Below, piece by piece: positions 7,865-13,377 of a stretch of 13,377 nt of DNA; the first letter of the stretch is position 1; each line of letters begins with the position of its first letter. A program made the translations under genes and the position numbers. The notes beneath the pieces were generated by a model. It was not told the origin of the DNA. It was given only the letters and a program-made list of their open reading frames with translations, and did not search any database. The stretch lies in assembly GCA_037441385.1 (NCBI GenBank), contig JBBISH010000153.1:1-13377 (forward strand), given 5' to 3'. The DNA is from Myxococcales bacterium (GTDB lineage Bacteria > Myxococcota_A > UBA9042).

Positions 7865-8096
7865 CCTGCCTTACCGGATAGCTACTAGTGCCCTAAATTG
7901 TTGGAAACCTGTGCGAACCGCGGCACTTAGCCCTCACCCCGCCGCCTGCGGCGGCCGCCCCTCTCCCAACGCTTTGGGCGAGGGGCAATGCAATTTCCCT
8001 TTACCCCTCGCCCACTTCAGTGGGAGAGGGGTCGGCCGTAGGCCGGGGGTGAGGGCCATTCGACGTGGCGGCAGAGTAGGCAACCGGTAAGGCAGG
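7865..8096. mobile_element. MITE-like non-autonomous element (232 bp)
   Basis: Perfect 13-bp TIR CCTGCCTTACCGG (7865-7877) / CCGGTAAGGCAGG (8084-8096), extending imperfectly inward to ~28 bp (CTACT..TGCC). Directly flanked by TGAAGTGA (7857-7864) and AGAAGTGA (8097-8104), a 7/8 match. No listed ORF lies within it. Confidence 0.6.
7930..8056. repeat. REP/REPIN-like inverted doublet of palindromic units (CCCTCACCCC...CCCCTCTCCC...GGGAGAGGGG...GGGGTGAGGG)
   Basis: Outer stem GCCCTCACCCC (7930-7940)/GGGGTGAGGGC (8046-8056). Inner hairpins at 7939-7954, 7957-7986, 8003-8032 and 8033-8045. Confidence 0.8.
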
Positions 8097-8107
8097 AGAA
8101 GTGAACG

Positions 8108-8124
8108 GTGTCAGGTATTGACAC
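8108..8124. promoter_or_regulatory. Palindromic operator candidate GTGTCA-N5-TGACAC overlapping a TTGACA hexamer
   Basis: GTGTCA 8108-8113, TGACAC 8119-8124, TTGACA 8118-8123. Upstream of the DUF481-ADH genes. No good -10 at canonical spacing. Confidence 0.4.
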
Positions 8125-8236
8125 TTGCCATCCATTGCCGAGCCGCGACCCGAACCGGCCCACGCCCCTACCGCCCTAGCCCATGCCGTGGCAGGATCTC
8201 GGCCGCGGCCGGCGAACGGCCCTTCAAGGCCAATGG

Positions 8237-9058
8237 ATGGGCAGGGTAGTCCTTTTTGCTGCGCTTGTGGCCATATCCGGCTTGTGCTCCAGCGTGGCCG
8301 TGGCGCAGGTCAACGTCGAGACCCTGCGCAAGAAGCCGTACGAGGCGGGCTATGGCCTGGAGCTGGCCGGTACCCTGGCGCTGACGTCGGGCAACGTCGA
8401 CTCGCTGGACGTGGGCGGGGCGGCGCGGGTTCAGTACATCGGCCTGCACAACGTGGCTTCGCCGACGGACGACGACGCCGTGCCGTACCTGCGCGAGCGT
8501 ACCTTTCTGGCTGCGAGTTCGCGCTACGCCGAGAAGTCGGGCGCGGCCTTTGCCAATCAGCTGTTTGTCCACGCTCGCCACACGCGCATGTTCTTGCCGT
8601 GGCTGGGGTGGGAAGCGTTTGCCCAGTACCAGTCCAACGAATTTTGGCGGTTGCGGGATCGCGAGGTGGCGGGCGCGGCGGTGCGCCTGCAGGTTTGGCA
8701 CCGGCGCTGGCTGTCGGTGGCGGTGGCGACCGCGCTCATGTTCGAGTACGAGCGCATCGCGGTGGCCAAAGGCGCTTCGGATTCGCCCACGTCGCAGGCG
8801 GTGCGGTCGTCGAGCTATGTCACGGCGCGCCTCGCTTTCCTGGGCGATCAGTTGTTGGTGCAGAACAGCACCTATTTTCAACCCAAGCTGGGCGATGCGG
8901 GCGATTGGCGTCTGCTGAACGAGACCGAGTTGCTGGTGGCCATCGGCAACAACATCGGATTGGGCAGCCTGCTCAACGTCTTGCGCGACAGCCGGCCGCC
9001 GACAAGCGTGCGCGCCACGGACTTGCGCCTGACCAGCGTGATCAAAGTCCTGTTTTGA
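8237..9058 (+). CDS. DUF481 (YdiY-like) outer-membrane beta-barrel protein
   Basis: ATG 8237 gives a clean signal peptide MGRVVLFAALVAISGLCSSVAVA-Q; 8183 is an alternative start. Family-typical segments 'QVNVETLR', 'SGNVD', 'WEAFAQYQSNEF', 'NSTYFQP', 'DWRLLNETEL', 'RDSRPP...TD'. C-terminal Phe (IKVLF) is a BAM beta-signal. Confidence 0.82.
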   Translation: MGRVVLFAALVAISGLCSSVAVAQVNVETLRKKPYEAGYGLELAGTLALTSGNVDSLDVGGAARVQYIGLHNVASPTDDDAVPYLRERTFLAASSRYAEKSGAAFANQLFVHARHTRMFLPWLGWEAFAQYQSNEFWRLRDREVAGAAVRLQVWHRRWLSVAVATALMFEYERIAVAKGASDSPTSQAVRSSSYVTARLAFLGDQLLVQNSTYFQPKLGDAGDWRLLNETELLVAIGNNIGLGSLLNVLRDSRPPTSVRATDLRLTSVIKVLF

Positions 9059-9095
9059 TTGCCGCTGCGCGGTTGCGAGCGGAAAGGAGTAGACC

Positions 9096-10142
9096 ATGAG
9101 CCAAGTTGCTGCGTGGGGCGCGCCGCGCCCCGGTGCCCCTCTAGAGCCCTTGTTCATTGCGCGCCGCTCGCCGGGGCCGGGTGATGTGGCTGTCGACATT
9201 CTGTTTTGCGGGGTGTGCCACTCGGATATCCACCAAGTGCGCGACGAGTGGGGCGCGGGCCAGTACCCGATGGTGCCTGGGCACGAAATCGTGGGGCGGG
9301 TGCGCAGCGTGGGCGCGGACGTGCGCGGCTTTGCCGCAGGCGATCTGGTCGGCGTCGGCTGCATGGTCGACTCGTGCCGCACCTGCGCGCCGTGTCGCCG
9401 CGACCTGCAACAGCACTGCCATAGCGGGCCGGTGTGGACCTACGGCAGCGCTTTGCCGGGAGGCAGCGGCGCCACCCAAGGCGGCTATTCGGCGGCCATT
9501 GTGGTGGATCAGGCCTTTGTGCTGCGCATCCCGGCGGGTCTGGATCCTGCGGCCGCTGCGCCGCTTTTGTGTGCAGGCATCACCACTTACTCGCCCTTGC
9601 GCCAGTTCGGTTGCCGGCCCGGCCATCGGGTGGGCGTGGTCGGTCTGGGCGGCCTGGGCCACATGGCGGTCAAGCTAGCGCGGTCGCTGGGGGCGACGGT
9701 CACCGTGCTCAGCACCTCGCCGGGCAAGCAGGTCGACGCGAACCAGTTGGGGGCGCACGCCTTTGTCTGTACCCGCGATCCTGGCGTGTTCGAGCGCCAT
9801 GCTGGCTCGCTGGACCTCATCATCGACACGGTGTCCGCCCCGCACGACTACAATGCCTATCTTGGGTTGCTGGATGTGCACGGCGCGATGGCCCTGGTGG
9901 GCGTGCCGCCGCAGCCTAGCCCTTTGCACGCCTTTGCCTTGATCCACGGCGGCAAGCGCATCTTCGGCTCGCTCATCGGCGGCATCGCCGAGACGCAAGA
10001 GATGCTGGACCACTGCGCCCAGCACGGCATCGTGGCCGACATCGAGCGCATCGATATCCAGGGCATCAATCAGGCCTATGAACGCGTGCTTGCCAGTGAC
10101 GTGCGGTATCGGTTTGTGATTGACATGGGGAGTTTGGGGTAG
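9096..10142 (+). CDS. Zn-dependent NAD(P)H alcohol dehydrogenase/aldehyde reductase, cinnamyl alcohol dehydrogenase (CAD; YahK/AdhC-like) family
   Basis: AAGGAG RBS (9084-9089). Catalytic Zn motifs GVCHSD, GHE and PLLCAGIT. Structural Zn CRTCAPC-x7-C. Rossmann GLGGLG followed by 'LSTSPGK' (no Asp, consistent with NADP preference). C-terminal 'VRYRFVID'. Confidence 0.95.
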   Translation: MSQVAAWGAPRPGAPLEPLFIARRSPGPGDVAVDILFCGVCHSDIHQVRDEWGAGQYPMVPGHEIVGRVRSVGADVRGFAAGDLVGVGCMVDSCRTCAPCRRDLQQHCHSGPVWTYGSALPGGSGATQGGYSAAIVVDQAFVLRIPAGLDPAAAAPLLCAGITTYSPLRQFGCRPGHRVGVVGLGGLGHMAVKLARSLGATVTVLSTSPGKQVDANQLGAHAFVCTRDPGVFERHAGSLDLIIDTVSAPHDYNAYLGLLDVHGAMALVGVPPQPSPLHAFALIHGGKRIFGSLIGGIAETQEMLDHCAQHGIVADIERIDIQGINQAYERVLASDVRYRFVIDMGSLG

Positions 10143-10377
10143 GTGCGGGGCGACGGGGCTATTCCTCTGCAAAGTCCTGAAGTCGTTGGGGTCTGTGGTT
10201 TGCCGGGTCTGGAGCACCGATCAGAAACCCAGTCCTGGGGGCATGAAGTCGGGCCAAGGCTTGTCCCCCGCCGCAACCAGCCCAGGCACGCACCAAGGAT
10301 TCATGGCCGGCGTGCGCGTCGCCGTCGTGCGTGCTCGATGTTTGGCCGGCGGATTGGCAGTGACACGAACCCCACCG

Positions 10378-13377
10378 CTACTTGCAGACGCCGGCCTGGC
10401 AGGTCAGCCCGGTGCCACAGCTGATGCCGTCGCCCACATTGCTGTAGACACAGCCCAGCGTTTTGTCACACGTCTCGAACGTGCAGGGGTTCTTGTCGTC
10501 GCAAATCACCGCCGTGCTCCCCTTGCACGTGGTCGCGGTGCTGTCGCACAAGTCGCCCAGGGTGCAGGCGTCGCCGTCGTTGCAGGTGGCGCCTGCCACA
10601 AATGCCGCCGAGCAGCCGCTGCCCGAGTTGTAGCACATCGCTGTGGTGCAGCCGCTGGCGTCGGTGGCGCACGTGCTCATCGGCTTGGCCGCACATAGGC
10701 CCGCGCTGGTGCAGTTCGCGTGCAGGTAGGCCGTGGTCCGCAGCATCAACGCCGACTGCAGGTTGGTGGTGGTGCTGCGGCCGACGTGGAGCAAGTCACC
10801 ATTGGGCAACGTCGTCGCCTGGTACAGCACTTCGGTGTTGGCGGCGGTCCCGTCGCTGGACTGCCCCAGCGAATTGCCCAGGGCGTCCACGCGCATCACC
10901 AGGTAGTCTACGCCCGCATAGGAGCCGCTGCCCGTGCCGCCCAACAGGATCGCGCTCCCGTCGGCCAACACAGAGACGCCGTAGCCGCCGTCGTTGGCCG
11001 ACGTGTTGTTCGCCTTCTGGTAGGCGATGGAGCCGTCGGCGCGCAGGCGTACGTAGAAGAAGTCGGTCGAGCTGCTGAGCGTGGAGTACTTTTGACCCAC
11101 CGCCACGAACCCGCCATCGGGTGTGCGGGCAATTGCGCGGAATTCGTCGTCGCCCGTGCCGCCCAGGAGCACGGTCTTGACGGGCGGTTTGCTCTGGTCG
11201 GTCCCGTAGAAGACCACGCAGGCGTCTCTGCCCCCGGCGCCGCCCGGCTCGCTGCTGTAGCCCACGGCCACTACGGACTTGCCGTTGGCCGCCAAAGTGC
11301 CGCCCCAGAACTGAGCTTGGCCGCCCTTGGCGTCGTAAAGGGTCGAGCCAATCTTGACGCCGGTGTTGGGGTCATGCCAGACCAGCCCAGCCCCGCTGGC
11401 TCCCGCGCAGAACGAGACGAACTCGTTCGTGGCCTCGCGCCACACGGTGTCGCCGTGCGTGTAGATCTGGTTGCCGTGCGCGAACTGGTTGCCCACCAGG
11501 AATTTGCCCGTGCCATCGATCTTGGTCGCCCAGCCCCAGCCGCCCCAGGTCTGGCCAAAGGCCATGAAGTTGCCGTCCTTGGTGGGCAAGACCCGAGTGA
11601 AGGCGCCGACGTAGTTGGTCGCCGGAAACGCACCGCCGGCCTGTTGCCACACGACCTGGCCCTTGGGCGTGACGCGCGCGAGCCAGCCGGCGCCGATGCT
11701 GGCCGGCGTCGTCATGGGCGAGGTGGCGGTCGTGCCGACCAAAAGCCAGTCGCTGCCCACGGGTACCACGCTGCGCGCCTCGAACGAGACGTAGCTGCCC
11801 ACGGCTGTATTGGCGTACCACGAGCCCAGGCGATCGGTCGCGCCGGCCTTGCACGTCCCCTTGTCACAGATGTCGTCGACCTTGCATCCGCCCGTGCTGC
11901 ACGGCGCCGTGTTGTTGTAGTTGTAGCACCCGGTCTTGGTGTCGCAGGCGTCGTCCGTGCACAGGTTGCCGTCGCTGCAGTCCTTCAAGCTGCCGCCGCC
12001 GCAGACGCCGCTGGTGCATTGTTCGCCCACGGTGCACGGGTTGCTGTCGTCGCAAGACCCGACCGTGGGGGTGTGCTGGCAGGTGCCTGTGCCGTAGTCG
12101 CAGGTGTCGTCTGTGCACGGTTTGCCGTCGTTGCAGTTCAGGGTGCCGGCGCACACGCCGCCCTTGCACACGTCGTTTTGCGTGCAGCCCACGCCGTCGT
12201 CGCAGGCCACGGTGTTGGCGGTGAATACGCAACCTTGCGTGCTGTCGCAACTATCGTCGGTGCACAGATTGTTGTCGTTGCACACCAAGCTGCCGGTCGA
12301 GGCGCACTTGCCGCCCAGGCAGCCGTCGCCAGTGGTACAGGGGTTGCCGTCGCTGCACGCTGCGGTGTTGTTGGCGTGGCCGCAGCCCAATACGGCATGG
12401 CACAGGTCGTCCGTGCAGGCGTTCTTGTCGTCGCAATTGGCGGTCACGTCTAGGTTTTGGCACTGGCCGGTCGCCGACAGGCAGGTGTCCTGCGTGCAAG
12501 CGTTGTTGTCGTCGCAGCTCTTGGCTTTGCCGGATGCGCAGGTGCCGCCGCTGCACGCATCGCCAACGGTGCACGGGTTGCCGTCGCTGCAGGCTGCCTG
12601 GTTGGCGGTGACCGTGCAGCCGGTCTTGCTGGTGCAACTGTCGTCGGTGCAAGGGTTGCCGTCGTCGCAGGCGACCTTGGTGCCCTGACACGACCCGGCG
12701 CTGCAGGCGTCGCCGCTGGTGCAGGCGTTGCCGTCTGTGCAGGTGGCGGCGTTGGCGGCGTGCACGCAACCGCTGCCGGCATCGCATGCGTCGTCGGTAC
12801 AGACGTTGTTGTCGTCGCAGTCCAGTGCGGTGCCGCCGCCACACGCACCGGCCTTGCACACATCGCCCGACGTACACGCATTGCCGTCGCTGCACGGTGC
12901 CGCATTGGCAGCGTGGGCGCACTTGCCCGCTGGACACGAGTCGTCGGTGCAAGGGTTGTTGTCGTTGCAGCCCGACAGCAGCCCCTGGCAGGTGCCGCCG
13001 CCGCAGGTATCGCTTACGGTGCAGGCATTTCCGTCGTCGCACTTGGCGCTGTTGCTCGAGGCGGTGCAGCCGGTCTTGGGGTCGCAGGCGTCGTCGGTAC
13101 ACGGGTTGCCGTCGTCGCAGGTGACGGGGCTGCCCGCGCATTTGCTGTTGGCGCACGTGTCCTTGCTGGTGCAGGTGTTGCCGTCGCTGCACGCCAGCGC
13201 GTTCGCTGTGTGGCCGCAACTGGTCTTGGGGTCGCAGACGTCGTCCGTGCAGACATTGCCGTCGTCGCAATCCAGCTTTTTGCCGCTGCAAGAGCCCCCG
13301 CTGCACACGTCGCCGGTGGTGCACACCGTCCCGTCGTCGCATGGGGCGCTGTTGGCCGCGGCGCTGCAGACAGTCTT
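10378..13377 (-). CDS. Large Cys-rich repeat extracellular protein with an internal beta-propeller domain; 5'-partial
   Basis: The frame stays open past 13326 to the window edge (KTVCSAAANSAPCDDGTVC...), so the start lies outside the window. About ten ~50-aa 8-Cys units, then ~375 aa with seven propeller-blade-like repeats (e.g. 'GGTGDDEFRAIARTPDGGFVAVG...DFFYVRLRADG'), then a short terminal Cys array. Confidence 0.88.
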   Translation of the reverse strand, partial: KTVCSAAANSAPCDDGTVCTTGDVCSGGSCSGKKLDCDDGNVCTDDVCDPKTSCGHTANALACSDGNTCTSKDTCANSKCAGSPVTCDDGNPCTDDACDPKTGCTASSNSAKCDDGNACTVSDTCGGGTCQGLLSGCNDNNPCTDDSCPAGKCAHAANAAPCSDGNACTSGDVCKAGACGGGTALDCDDNNVCTDDACDAGSGCVHAANAATCTDGNACTSGDACSAGSCQGTKVACDDGNPCTDDSCTSKTGCTVTANQAACSDGNPCTVGDACSGGTCASGKAKSCDDNNACTQDTCLSATGQCQNLDVTANCDDKNACTDDLCHAVLGCGHANNTAACSDGNPCTTGDGCLGGKCASTGSLVCNDNNLCTDDSCDSTQGCVFTANTVACDDGVGCTQNDVCKGGVCAGTLNCNDGKPCTDDTCDYGTGTCQHTPTVGSCDDSNPCTVGEQCTSGVCGGGSLKDCSDGNLCTDDACDTKTGCYNYNNTAPCSTGGCKVDDICDKGTCKAGATDRLGSWYANTAVGSYVSFEARSVVPVGSDWLLVGTTATSPMTTPASIGAGWLARVTPKGQVVWQQAGGAFPATNYVGAFTRVLPTKDGNFMAFGQTWGGWGWATKIDGTGKFLVGNQFAHGNQIYTHGDTVWREATNEFVSFCAGASGAGLVWHDPNTGVKIGSTLYDAKGGQAQFWGGTLAANGKSVVAVGYSSEPGGAGGRDACVVFYGTDQSKPPVKTVLLGGTGDDEFRAIARTPDGGFVAVGQKYSTLSSSTDFFYVRLRADGSIAYQKANNTSANDGGYGVSVLADGSAILLGGTGSGSYAGVDYLVMRVDALGNSLGQSSDGTAANTEVLYQATTLPNGDLLHVGRSTTTNLQSALMLRTTAYLHANCTSAGLCAAKPMSTCATDASGCTTAMCYNSGSGCSAAFVAGATCNDGDACTLGDLCDSTATTCKGSTAVICDDKNPCTFETCDKTLGCVYSNVGDGISCGTGLTCQAGVCK
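10381..10713 (-). repeat. C-terminal Cys-rich repeat cap
   Basis: Three full half-repeats plus a terminal 3-Cys half-repeat (CGTGLTCQAGVCK) after the propeller. Confidence 0.75.
11851..13377 (-). repeat. Intragenic ~150-bp period Cys-rich repeat array
   Basis: Alternating half-repeats C(D/N)D(G/N)NxCTDDxCDxxxGC and C(S/D)DGNxCTxxDxCxxGxC throughout the translation. Confidence 0.9.

Noticed and set aside
10143..10377. 235-bp convergent intergenic region as a possible sRNA, terminator or small ORF
   Set aside because: Only short scattered repeats (GCACGCAC/GTGCGTGC, TGAAGTCG twice). No compact hairpin with a U-tract, no recognisable RNA family, and the overlapping ORFs lack coding features.
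13324..13326. GTG listed as the start of the 982-aa ORF
   Set aside because: It is an internal Val in a CDDGTVC repeat. The frame is open to the window edge and no signal peptide follows.
11851..13377. Regularly spaced DNA repeats (e.g. GTTGCCGTCG(T/C)) resembling a CRISPR array
   Set aside because: They are degenerate, in-frame codon repeats of the CDDGN peptide within an ORF. No cas genes are present.

Overview
High-GC bacterial window. The protein repertoire suggests Myxococcota/'Deltaproteobacteria' (inference). It is mostly cell-envelope genes. A 5'-truncated multi-TM protein with a GT-C glycosyltransferase-like RY motif is coupled by an ATGA overlap to a membrane hypothetical protein. 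A 1534-aa surface lipoprotein on the minus strand has a lipobox, a Ser/Asp/Thr linker, a ~730-aa Cys-rich CDDGNPCT repeat stalk, an Ig-like domain and a Pmp-like beta-helix. Next come a divergent putative outer-membrane beta-barrel, a 232-bp MITE-like element with nested palindromes, a DUF481/YdiY-like barrel and a Zn-dependent CAD-family NAD(P)H alcohol dehydrogenase. The window ends in a second, 5'-truncated Cys-rich repeat protein with a probable 7-bladed beta-propeller inside its repeat array. Two observations stand out. Cys gains and losses in both giant proteins fit one interlocking disulfide-ladder rule, which predicts a disulfide clamp across the inserted propeller. The intergenic element has 13-bp perfect TIRs, a near-perfect 8-bp target-site duplication and a two-state palindromic core. 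No rRNA, tRNA, CRISPR array or transposase is visible.
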